Positions 9,959-19,211 of a DNA stretch of 64,000 bases are shown here, piece by piece. The notes beneath the pieces are model-generated. The model had not been told where the DNA came from and did no database searches. It saw nothing but the letters and a program-made list of their open reading frames with translations. A program made the translations under genes and the position numbers. This DNA is from an uncultured Nitrososphaerota archaeon (lineage in GTDB: Archaea; Thermoproteota; Nitrososphaeria; Nitrososphaerales; CADDZS01), in NCBI GenBank assembly GCA_963799845.1, contig CAWCYI010000006.1, forward strand, positions 704,001-768,000, read 5' to 3'. Each line of letters opens with the position of its first letter. Position 1 is the first letter of the stretch.

Positions 9959-11179
9959 TTGAATATAGTAAACAAGAAAAGACAGTATGCGAATTTCGGA
10001 ATTGTCTGGACGAGCCAGGCTACCGCCGCAGTTCTGATATTCACAATCCCTGCTCTCGCCCCGCTTCTCGTTTCGAAATTCGGATTGACCGCAGTCCAGA
10101 TTGGCGAACTTACTGGAATAATGTACGTAGGAATCTGCGGAGTTTCAGTTTTCATCAGTGTTTTGTCGGATTCGCTTGGCGTTAGAAAAGTTCTGTTCAT
10201 CGGACACAGCGTTGAAGCGGTATCGATAATCGGGGCCTCGTTCGCGCACAACTTTGCAGGACTGGCGACCTGTATATTCGGCGTTGGCGTCGGGTACAGC
10301 TCCATTACCCCAGTGACGAGCAAGGCGATCATGGGCTGGTTCTCGAAAGAGCAGAGAAGCTCGGTTATGGGTCTGAAGCAGACCGGTACAACTGTTGGAG
10401 GGTCAATTGCTGGAGCTGTGCTGCCCTATGTAGGAATAAAATACGGAGTGTCAGCAGCTTTTGTTGCAGCCGGAATCCTCGTATTGATTGGAGTGGTGTT
10501 CCTCATGGGATACAGCGAATCGACCCCTCACGCGAACTCATCAATAACTACAGGAGCTTTTCTTAAGCAGGGACTCTCGATTTCATTCAGGAATAAGAAC
10601 CTCCTTTGGGTCGGCGGTATTGGATTTTTTTATGCAACAGTCCAGTCGATTGTAGTCACTTTCATCACCTTATTCGCCAAAAATGTTCTCGGATTTGATG
10701 CAATAATTGCTGGACTTTTTCTGTCGCTGGTGAATATTTCTGGCACAATCGGAAGACCCGTGTATGGGGCAATCAGCGATCGGCTTCTCGGAGGAAGCAG
10801 GATCAAGGATCTCCTCGTGATTTCGATTACGTCTACTATAATGCTACTTCTTCTCTCATCAATACGTCCTGGCATCAGCCTCCTCCAGGTTCTACCCATA
10901 GTCGCATTACTCGGATTTGGGGCATTGGGATGGAATGGAGTCTTTCTCACTCTTGCCGGGGAATATTCGAATCTGGGCTACGAGGCCGTGGGTACTTCAG
11001 TTGCTTTTTCGATCGCGATGACCGGACAAATAGTGGGCGCACCAATTTTCGGAATTATTGTCGAGCAAACGGGAAGTTACGACATTGGCTGGCAAGTTTT
11101 TGCGATCTCACTGATTACCGCTTCAATAGTATTCTCAATTGCGAGGAGAAAACACGAGCCAAGTGCCGCCGTCAAATGA
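9959..11179 (+). CDS. MFS transporter
   Basis: 406 aa, about 12 TMS, motif A-like LSDSLGVRK and GAISDRLLGG. Confidence 0.9.
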   Translation: MNIVNKKRQYANFGIVWTSQATAAVLIFTIPALAPLLVSKFGLTAVQIGELTGIMYVGICGVSVFISVLSDSLGVRKVLFIGHSVEAVSIIGASFAHNFAGLATCIFGVGVGYSSITPVTSKAIMGWFSKEQRSSVMGLKQTGTTVGGSIAGAVLPYVGIKYGVSAAFVAAGILVLIGVVFLMGYSESTPHANSSITTGAFLKQGLSISFRNKNLLWVGGIGFFYATVQSIVVTFITLFAKNVLGFDAIIAGLFLSLVNISGTIGRPVYGAISDRLLGGSRIKDLLVISITSTIMLLLLSSIRPGISLLQVLPIVALLGFGALGWNGVFLTLAGEYSNLGYEAVGTSVAFSIAMTGQIVGAPIFGIIVEQTGSYDIGWQVFAISLITASIVFSIARRKHEPSAAVK

Positions 11180-11318
11180 TCTTCTCTAGATCTCCAACGC
11201 CTAACTGAAAAGTCATTGAACCTAAAGATTCGAAAGGTGCTCAATCACAACAGCTCCCTTTCAAAAAAAGGCAAGCTTACTAGAATTTATTCTTGACCAT
11301 TCTTTATATCCAAGTTTT

Positions 11319-11447
11319 CATTGATTCTTATATAGAATTTTTTCTGCGTTCGCACACGGGGCGTGTTTTCTGAGTGAAGAGCTACGTTCAAGCTCTGTAA
11401 GCTCAGAAGAGCTTGAAACGAGCTGAACGGAGCTTACACAGCTCGAA
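11319..11447 (+). repeat. dispersed intergenic repeat copy A (phased AGCT array)
   Basis: AGCT at 11380, 11391, 11400, 11410, 11421, 11431, 11440. 68-bp core is 64/68 identical to the reverse complement of 29436-29503. Shared CATTGATTCTTA upstream. Confidence 0.92.
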
Positions 11448-11477
11448 TCTCATTGATTCCACCCTAGTTGACAGCGG

Positions 11478-12803
11478 ATGAACTCTCCGACTGATCCTTT
11501 CGAGAGTGATTTATTAGCCGTAGATTTTGAGAATTCTTTACCAGCGACACAATTCAGTGATCTAGAATTGCAATCGACCGACAATATTATTCCAAAGATT
11601 TCAAAAGACATTGAAAGCGAAAAATCCAGAATCCAGGACTTCTTCGTAAAGATGCTGAAGATCAACTCGGTAAATCCGAGGATGGGCGGTCCCGGCGAGG
11701 TGGAACGCGCCAATTTTATTCAGTCCTTCTTGGAATCTGAGGGGTTTGTCGTGGGAAGGGTGGATGTTCCCGAAGACGGACGATTTCGCCCAAACATCAG
11801 CGCCAAGATTGAGGGCGAAGACGAGTCAAAAAGGCTCTGGTTTCTGTCGCATATGGACACGGTTCCGGAAGGAAGCAGGGACATGTGGAATACCGATCCG
11901 TTCGACCCCGTAGTCAAAGACGGGAAGGTGTATGCCAGAGGAGCGGAAGACAACGGACAGTCGCTGGTATCAAGTTTGTTTGCATTGATGGAGTTGAAGC
12001 GCCTCGGAGAAAAGCTTCCTTTCAACGTTGGCTTCTGGGCCGTTGCTGATGAGGAGTTCGGCAGCGAATACGGAGTCAAATACCTGCTGGATCACGATTA
12101 TTTCAGGCCGAGCGACCTGATTGTCGTTCCCGACGCAGGCTCCCCTGACGGTATGACGATTGAAATCGCGGAGAAGAATTTGCTCTGGTTCAGGATCGAG
12201 ACCAGGGGAAAACAGGTTCATGCGAGTCTGCCGAACAAGGGGAAGAATGCGCATCGCATCGGCATGGAACTGGCACTCAACTTAGACAAGGTGTTTCACG
12301 AAAAGTACACCAGTACTAACAACATGTACGATGATCCGTCGTCAACTTTTGAGCCGACGAAAGTAGAACCAAACGTACCCAACATCAACACGGTTCCCGG
12401 GGTTGACGTATTTTATTTTGATTGTAGGGTATTGCCTGAATACTCTCTCGACAGCGTTATTTCCGACATCAACAGGGCGGTTTCAGAATCCAATGAAATA
12501 CACGGCTCGGAAAGTAATCTAGAAATCATTAACAGGGAGGACGCCGGCCCGGCAACATCTGAATCAAGCGACGTTGTACGGATAATGGAGACGGCGATAT
12601 TCCAAGTTACGAAAAAGCAGCCGAAACTAATCGGGATTGGAGGTCAGACCGTTGGAAATCTATTCAGAAAGAAAGGGCTCCCAACAGTAGTCTGGAGCAC
12701 CGTCGATGATATTCCTCACGAACCAAACGAGTACTCCAAGCTGTCGAATCTGATCTCCGATGCGAAAGTTTTCGCGGCGATGCCGTTTGTCGCAAGAAGC
12801 TGA
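11478..12803 (+). CDS. M20 family metallohydrolase (ArgE/DapE-like)
   Basis: SHMDTVP, ARGAEDNG, ADEEFGS, GKQVHAS, PHEPNE. True start is probably TTG near 11568. Confidence 0.9.
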   Translation: MNSPTDPFESDLLAVDFENSLPATQFSDLELQSTDNIIPKISKDIESEKSRIQDFFVKMLKINSVNPRMGGPGEVERANFIQSFLESEGFVVGRVDVPEDGRFRPNISAKIEGEDESKRLWFLSHMDTVPEGSRDMWNTDPFDPVVKDGKVYARGAEDNGQSLVSSLFALMELKRLGEKLPFNVGFWAVADEEFGSEYGVKYLLDHDYFRPSDLIVVPDAGSPDGMTIEIAEKNLLWFRIETRGKQVHASLPNKGKNAHRIGMELALNLDKVFHEKYTSTNNMYDDPSSTFEPTKVEPNVPNINTVPGVDVFYFDCRVLPEYSLDSVISDINRAVSESNEIHGSESNLEIINREDAGPATSESSDVVRIMETAIFQVTKKQPKLIGIGGQTVGNLFRKKGLPTVVWSTVDDIPHEPNEYSKLSNLISDAKVFAAMPFVARS

Positions 12804-12893
12804 GTTGTATTGATCTAGGAACTCTGGGAGAAAAAGTCTCGAAGTACAGATCGTGTCCCTGAATTTTGATACGCCCGTCCGTCCTAATGACTG

Positions 12894-13979
12894 TCAATTA
12901 TCAGATCTCCTGTTACTTCGCGAAATCAGTGATCTTCCACTTTCGACTAAATCTGGATGAACATACTCTCCATTCTTGATGATGAGCGTTCCATCACCTT
13001 CCAACGTTGGCTTTAATGTAATACCGTCGGAGTGAGAGATCGCGACAGTGTCCCGGGCCTTGAATGTGCCGCTCTGATTTCCTAGGCCCCACTCCAGAAT
13101 TCCCCAAACACGCTCGTCTTCGAGTACATTTCCGGTCAATTTCGCCCCCGGATTACACCCGTAGGAGAGATGCGCAAGTACAAACATGTTGTCGTCATTG
13201 AGACTGTGGAGCCATTTTTCATAAATTCTAGCTTCTGGTCCTCCGTGAACACCCACGACCCTACCGAATTTTATTTCCAATTTCACTGGCTGCTTCAAGC
13301 GCCTCAATTCATCAGGCGGGTTCACGGAACCGTCAAAGGCTATCGTCCCTTCGATTGTTTCTTCCAGAGGCGCCCAGTCGACCTGCCCCAACAGCATATA
13401 CTCCCCTGGACCCAAAACGTCTCCTTCGACAAGCACCGGTCTATTTGGATCGTTTTCGAATCTGACATCGGTTCCTCCGGGTGTAGCGTAATGCATCGAC
13501 TTGGATTCTTTTGTTATGCGCTGGATCCGTCTTTGGAAGGCAAGGACTTTTTCAACGTCCACATCTCCGATGCAACGTCTCGCCATATCGACACTCATAC
13601 CGACCAGACACATGTATCTGGTCCGGTTTCGCTTCATCGCTTCCTCCCAGACTTTCGAGTACAACAACCACTTCCCATTGAGCTCAATCCAGACATCGGA
13701 CTCCTTGACAGCGCCAACCAGGCTGTCGAGCGGAAGGTAGGGTTCAGCCGCTCTTCCTACGTGGGGCGGTGCGTTTGTCCCTATGACGATCGGCATTGCT
13801 CCGAGAGCGGTCGCGGCCTTCTCAACGGCGAGGACGAAATTCTGGTCACTCTCGGTGTCGCACGTAATGGCGACGGATTCTCCCTTCTTGGTTTTCAGGA
13901 GATCTCCGACTAGTTTTCTCGCAGTTCTATCTGATTCCTTACCTTGAACCTTTTTCCGTTGCGAAACTGAACGTGACAT
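12894..13979 (-). CDS. aminopeptidase T / M29-like metallopeptidase family protein
   Basis: K.GESVAITCD, TPGGTD, GTIAFDGS, AHLSYGCNP, EDER..G...WGLG, HSD. Confidence 0.75.
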   Translation of the reverse strand: MSRSVSQRKKVQGKESDRTARKLVGDLLKTKKGESVAITCDTESDQNFVLAVEKAATALGAMPIVIGTNAPPHVGRAAEPYLPLDSLVGAVKESDVWIELNGKWLLYSKVWEEAMKRNRTRYMCLVGMSVDMARRCIGDVDVEKVLAFQRRIQRITKESKSMHYATPGGTDVRFENDPNRPVLVEGDVLGPGEYMLLGQVDWAPLEETIEGTIAFDGSVNPPDELRRLKQPVKLEIKFGRVVGVHGGPEARIYEKWLHSLNDDNMFVLAHLSYGCNPGAKLTGNVLEDERVWGILEWGLGNQSGTFKARDTVAISHSDGITLKPTLEGDGTLIIKNGEYVHPDLVESGRSLISRSNRRSDN

Positions 13980-14072
13980 TTTTGTTTCATTCTCACATCT
14001 TGAGTTTCTTAAAAATAACCTGTGGGGATACAATTCTTATTACCCTCGTCCAAAGTTTTCAATGCAAGAAAA

Positions 14073-15175
14073 ATGAAGAGAGAGCTTTCTGTCCAAGAAA
14101 TTGAGGATCTGATAGTTGGCGCGACGATACTGGGAGTCGGCGGTGGGGGAAATCCTCAGGATGGACTGAAATCGATGATGGGGCAACACGAGGCAGGAAA
14201 AAGGATCAACGTCTGGACTCTCGATGAATTCTCTGATCTGGATCGATTTGTTAGTCCGTATTTTGTGGGTTCTGTCGCTCCCGTCAATGCAAACAAGAAA
14301 AAAGCGCCCAAAACAGTGGATGATCCAATTCGAGTTGCTTTCAAAATACTGGGGGAGAAACTGGGAAAGAAAATTTCAGCTACCGTCGCTACTGAGATCG
14401 GGGGAGGGAATACCGCAGCTTCACTCGCAATAGCGGCCAAGCTGGACATACCTGCGGTAGATGGAGACTTGATGGGGCGAGCTGGGCCGAGCTTCACCAG
14501 AGCACCACTCACATCTTCGGGGTGTCAATGGTCCCGGCAGCTATCGCGAGCGAGACGGGGAACGAAATCCTGATCGAGCGATACGCAAACATCGACGATT
14601 ACGAAGCTCTCGCTAGATACTCAAGCGTAATTTCGGGCGGTCACGTCGCAGTGGTTGACAGTCCAATGTCCACGGCTGAAGCGAAAAAGTGTGTAGTTCA
14701 AGGTACTATCTCGAAATGCATCGAGCTAGGAAAAGCGAGAAGAGAGGCGATCAGTTCTAAAAAAGATCCAATTAAAGAAATTACAGGTAAGCTGGACCAC
14801 GGCAAAAAAATATTCGAAGGAACTATTTCCAAATATTCTTGGAAAGACGAAAGAGGGTTCCTTTTCGCAGATTCGTATGTCAAAGGCTCCGAAAATTTTT
14901 CAGGATCGACATTGAAGACCTGGATCATGAACGAGCACATCATGTGCTGGATTGACGAAAAGCCCGCAGTAATGCCGCCCGATTTGATTATTTTTCTTGA
15001 GCCGGAAACTGGGCTGGGGATTACGAATGATCGATTGAAGGAGGGAATGCAGGTTGTCGTCATCGGCGCGAGCATTGACAAAGTATGGAGAAAAGAACGA
15101 GGGCTGGAGCTCTTCGGACCGAGGCGTTTTGGACTCAATTACGATTACATTCCTTTCGAGACTCTTTCCGCATGA
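14073..15175 (+). CDS. DUF917 family protein; -1 frameshift at ~14489
   Basis: GATILGVGGGG, EIGGGN, DGDLMGRA, NEH, PDLI. Adding one base restores GRAGPELHQSTTHIFG. Confidence 0.85.
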
Positions 15176-15245
15176 ATGGATATGCGCTTATCCGAGTAAA
15201 CTTAGAGACTACTCCTGATTTTTGGTAGAGGCCGATCAAGACCGG

Positions 15246-16259
15246 ATGGGTTTTGTTAGTTTCCTAATCAAGCGGTCAATCTACTCCTTTATTCTAGTCA
15301 TTGGAGTAGTCATCCTCACCTTTTTACTCACCCACATCATTGCGTCGAACCCTGCAAATGTCTGGGCTGGGCCCCACGCTTCAAAGATCCAGGTACAGGC
15401 GGTGATCAACGAATACCACCTGAATCAGCCTGTTACGACTCAGCTCTATTATTACCTCATTGACGTGTTTACCCTCAACCTGGGAAACTCGCCGTTCTTT
15501 CATCAACCCGTCTCTGTTCTGATCGAGACCTACTTTCCGAGGACTCTCGAGCTCACATTCGTCGCGATGGGGATCACGATAATTCTGGGAATCTTCAGCG
15601 GAGCTTTTGCTGCCGCCCATCAGGAACGTGCAGGAGACCACGCCGTCCGCGCCGCCTATCTTCTAAGTTGGAGCATGCCCCCTTTTCTTGTAGCTCTCTT
15701 GCTACAGTTTTTCCTTGCGTACAACAATCACATATTCCCACCGAGTCAGCTCGCCGATCCCGCTCTAACGCTTCCACACCAGGTCACGGGTCTTATCTCG
15801 ATCGACGCCCTGATCGACGGAGATTACACTTTCTTTTATTCTTCCGTCCTGCATTTGATTCTTCCAGCTGTTGCACTCGCCCTCATCTCGTTCGGCTTGA
15901 TCACCAGAATCATGCGCTCCTCGATGTTGGAGAACCTGCGCTCTGACTTTGTCCGAACGGCGATAATGAAGGGAGTGGGGGAAAGAAGGGCGACCTATGT
16001 GCATGCTCTGAAGAATTCATTGATCCCAGTTATCACGGTGATCTCGCTGACATTTGCGTACCTGATTGCCGGCTCAATTGTAATCGAAGAAATTTTCAGC
16101 TATGAAGGCATGGGATATCTCATCACTCAGTCGCTGTACAACTACGACTACCCGACTTTGATCGGGTCCGTCATCGTAATTACCATCTCGGTTATTGTCA
16201 TCAATCTCATTGCGGATCTACTTTACGCCGCTGTTGATCCGCGCGTGAGGATCGATTAG
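15246..16259 (+). CDS. ABC transporter permease (DppB-like)
   Basis: NLGNS, LHLILPA, FVRTAIMKG, DPRVR. Confidence 0.93.
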   Translation: MGFVSFLIKRSIYSFILVIGVVILTFLLTHIIASNPANVWAGPHASKIQVQAVINEYHLNQPVTTQLYYYLIDVFTLNLGNSPFFHQPVSVLIETYFPRTLELTFVAMGITIILGIFSGAFAAAHQERAGDHAVRAAYLLSWSMPPFLVALLLQFFLAYNNHIFPPSQLADPALTLPHQVTGLISIDALIDGDYTFFYSSVLHLILPAVALALISFGLITRIMRSSMLENLRSDFVRTAIMKGVGERRATYVHALKNSLIPVITVISLTFAYLIAGSIVIEEIFSYEGMGYLITQSLYNYDYPTLIGSVIVITISVIVINLIADLLYAAVDPRVRID

Positions 16260-16265
16260 AAATTC

Positions 16266-17162
16266 ATGATCGTTCTCAACACGAAGCGAGCAATTGGCGG
16301 TCTTCGCAGACTCGCCTCAAGGCCCTCATCTCTCATAGGACTTGTGATAATCAGCGCATTTTACGGATGGTCCCTTATCGAAGGAATCTTGCAGGTGATC
16401 GCATCAACTATCAAGGCACCTTCAATCGGATGGGCACTCTTACCTTCCAACCCACTGTTGGTTTCGATTTCGAATTCGCTTCTTCCGCCTTCGGCCACAC
16501 ATTTGATGGGAACTGACGATCTCGGGCGGGACATTTGGAGCAGAGTGCTTTATGCTGCTCCGACTGATGCAGCAGTTTCAATTCTTGTTATCACAGGCGG
16601 GATCGCAATTGGAGCTCTCGTTGGTTACCCGGCGGGTTACTTTGGTAAGGGCGTCGAAGAGATCAATATGCGAGTTACTGATCTCTTCCTCGCTTTTCCC
16701 GCGCTAATCCTGGCCCTGACCATAGAGGCGACCTTGGGAAGAAATGTGGTCTATGCGATCATTGCACTCGTTGTTGTCTGGTGGCCCTCGTACGCGAGAC
16801 TCCTTCGAGGCGAGACCCTCAAGATAAAGAACCAAAAGTTCATCGATGCAGCGCTTCTCTCGGGGTTGTCTAGTTTCGGAATTATCGTAAAGCACGTATT
16901 TCGTTCTTCGCTTAATACTCTGATCTCCTATGCCACAATAGATCTCGGGAATACGATCCTCGTCTATTCGATTTTGAGCTTTCTGGGACTTGGAGTTCCC
17001 GCTCCAGCACCCGAATGGGGAACGATGGTGGCTTCGGGACTCAATTACTTTCCGGGACAGTGGTGGTACTCCATGTTACCGGGCATCGTCATCACCGTCA
17101 TTGTCATAGGGGCGGCACTTCTGGGCGACGGGTTGCGCGACATGTTCGCGGGAGAGCTGTGA
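16266..17162 (+). CDS. ABC transporter permease (DppC-like)
   Basis: HLMGTDDLGRD, LSFLGLG.P.PEWG, GDGLRD. Confidence 0.93.
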   Translation: MIVLNTKRAIGGLRRLASRPSSLIGLVIISAFYGWSLIEGILQVIASTIKAPSIGWALLPSNPLLVSISNSLLPPSATHLMGTDDLGRDIWSRVLYAAPTDAAVSILVITGGIAIGALVGYPAGYFGKGVEEINMRVTDLFLAFPALILALTIEATLGRNVVYAIIALVVVWWPSYARLLRGETLKIKNQKFIDAALLSGLSSFGIIVKHVFRSSLNTLISYATIDLGNTILVYSILSFLGLGVPAPAPEWGTMVASGLNYFPGQWWYSMLPGIVITVIVIGAALLGDGLRDMFAGEL

Positions 17163-18175
17163 TCTTGCAAGATTCGGATCTCCTCAGGATCGAGGATCTC
17201 AGCGTCGACTACAGGTCCGCGAGTGGGAATGTTCCCGCGCTAAGGGACGTATCAGTTTCAGTGAAACAGGGAGAGATACTCTCTATTGTCGGTGAAAGTG
17301 GCTCTGGGAAGACGACCCTCGCCCTCGCAGTATCGCGTCTGCTGACCAAGAATTCATCTTTGATGAAGAGTGGGAAGATAATTTTCCGGGGGAAAGACAT
17401 CACCAATCTAAAGACCCGCGGCATGGACTCCATTCGCGGCACCGAGATCTTCATGATTTTTCAAAATCCATTCATGAGTCTGAATCCTCTGATGAGGGTC
17501 AGAGACCAAATTCGCGAAGCGATCAAGGTTCGCGATAAAAGATCAGGACAGAAAGAGAACCGCTCTAAGATCTTGAACCAGGTGGTTGATGTCCTGAAAG
17601 CTGTCAGGATTGGAGACGCAGAGGACCTCATGGAGCGTTATCCGCATCAGCTGTCCGGCGGACAAAATCAAAGAATAATGCTCGCGATGGCCCTCGTGGA
17701 AAGACCCAGTCTCCTGATAGCGGATGAACCGACTACCGCACTTGACGTCACCACCCAGGCTCAAGTGCTCCTGCTCCTGAAAGACATAATCAAGGAAACT
17801 GGAATGTCCGTGATTTTTATCACCCACGATCTCGCTGTAGCGGGATCAATTAGCGATAGAATCGCCGTCCTCTACGGAGGAATGATACAGGAAATAGGAT
17901 CTTCGAAACAGATTCTCTTTGAACCGAAGCACCCCTACACAGTGAGTCTGATCAAAAGCATCCCTTCGAAATCGAAGAACGAGGGGTATCTTGACGCAAT
18001 CAAAGGTTCATTTCGGTTAAATGGAATAGAGAACATGTGCGCGTTTTATCCCAGATGTCCGCTGGCTCACGATGAATGCAAGAGGAGGGTCCCCGCGTTG
18101 ATGAGCCTCGGCACGGGAACCTATGTTCGTTGCGTCAATTACGGGGAAGCGGAGGAGGATGCGACGGTTGAATAA
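17159..18175 (+). CDS. ABC transporter ATP-binding subunit (DppD-like)
   Basis: GESGSGKT, LSGGQNQR, ADEPTTALD, HPY tail. GTG start overlaps the previous stop. Confidence 0.93.
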   Translation: MILQDSDLLRIEDLSVDYRSASGNVPALRDVSVSVKQGEILSIVGESGSGKTTLALAVSRLLTKNSSLMKSGKIIFRGKDITNLKTRGMDSIRGTEIFMIFQNPFMSLNPLMRVRDQIREAIKVRDKRSGQKENRSKILNQVVDVLKAVRIGDAEDLMERYPHQLSGGQNQRIMLAMALVERPSLLIADEPTTALDVTTQAQVLLLLKDIIKETGMSVIFITHDLAVAGSISDRIAVLYGGMIQEIGSSKQILFEPKHPYTVSLIKSIPSKSKNEGYLDAIKGSFRLNGIENMCAFYPRCPLAHDECKRRVPALMSLGTGTYVRCVNYGEAEEDATVE

Positions 18176-19187
18176 TGTCTCAGAGGAAAGTCCAACAGAA
18201 AAACTAGGCAGCTTCTTGCAGATAGACCATACTATCAAAAGATTCTCGCAGAGAAAATCTAGCTTCTGGATTAGCCTGATTGGACGGGGCAAACCGTTGC
18301 GGTTCGTGAGCGCAGTAGACGATGTTTCCCTTCAGGTGATCAGAGGCCAGACTCTCGTGATACTCGGAGAGAGTGGATCTGGCAAGACGACTCTTGGCCG
18401 AATGATAGTCGGGTTGGAAAAGATAGATTCCGGTTCGATTAGCCTCAACAATGAATCAGTAAAATTTGTCCGCGACCGCGGAGCGAAACGGGGGAGACTC
18501 CAGATGGTGTTCCAGGATCCCGGATCTTCGCTCGATCCATACATGAGCGTCTCAAGTTGCGTTTCGGAACCCATCAGCAAGTTCGGCTTGACAAAACTTC
18601 AGGTTTCCTCGAAGGTGACTGAATCCCTTCGGCTCGTCGGGCTCGAGGGTGACCTGCTCGCAAGAAGAACTTTAGAGTTGAGCGGAGGTCAGAAGCAGAG
18701 AGTTGCGATAGCTAGGGCTATCATCAGCGACCCGGAGGTCATAGTTTTGGATGAGCCGACTTCTTCTATCGATGTTTCGATTCAAGCGCAGGTTCTCAAT
18801 CTCTTAATAGATCTTCAGAGAATCAAGAATCTCACCTATATTCTGATTTCTCACGACCCGAACGTCGCGAAATTCATGGCAGACAACGTCGCGATTATGC
18901 ACTTGGGCAAGGTCGTTGAGTACGGCCCTTCGGCGAGCATACTTTCGCGTCCAAAACATCCCTATACTCAGGCTCTCCTTGCCTCTGCCCCAAAACTGGG
19001 TTCCACTCTTCCCGAAAGCATCGCAAGATCTGGTGATCCTCAGAGCATGATCTCACTGCCCAAGGGATGCAGGTACGAGTCGCGTTGCCAGTTCGCGATG
19101 GAAAAGTGTAGAGAAAAAGAGCCTCTCCTTCTCCCGGTGAAAGAAGAAGCAGAAACTTCGGTTTCCTGTTTTCTCTACAATGATTAG
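18168..19187 (+). CDS. ABC transporter ATP-binding subunit (DppF-like)
   Basis: GESGSGKT, LSGGQKQRVAIARA, DEPTSSID, HPY tail. GGAGGAGG precedes the start. Confidence 0.92.
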   Translation: MNNVSEESPTEKLGSFLQIDHTIKRFSQRKSSFWISLIGRGKPLRFVSAVDDVSLQVIRGQTLVILGESGSGKTTLGRMIVGLEKIDSGSISLNNESVKFVRDRGAKRGRLQMVFQDPGSSLDPYMSVSSCVSEPISKFGLTKLQVSSKVTESLRLVGLEGDLLARRTLELSGGQKQRVAIARAIISDPEVIVLDEPTSSIDVSIQAQVLNLLIDLQRIKNLTYILISHDPNVAKFMADNVAIMHLGKVVEYGPSASILSRPKHPYTQALLASAPKLGSTLPESIARSGDPQSMISLPKGCRYESRCQFAMEKCREKEPLLLPVKEEAETSVSCFLYND

Positions 19188-19211
19188 AAGCTGATCTTCT
19201 TTTCCTGAAGA

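Noticed and set aside
11380-11447. AGCT repeat as a CRISPR array
   Set aside because: Period is about 10 bp with no 25-40 bp repeats separated by unique spacers, and no cas genes.
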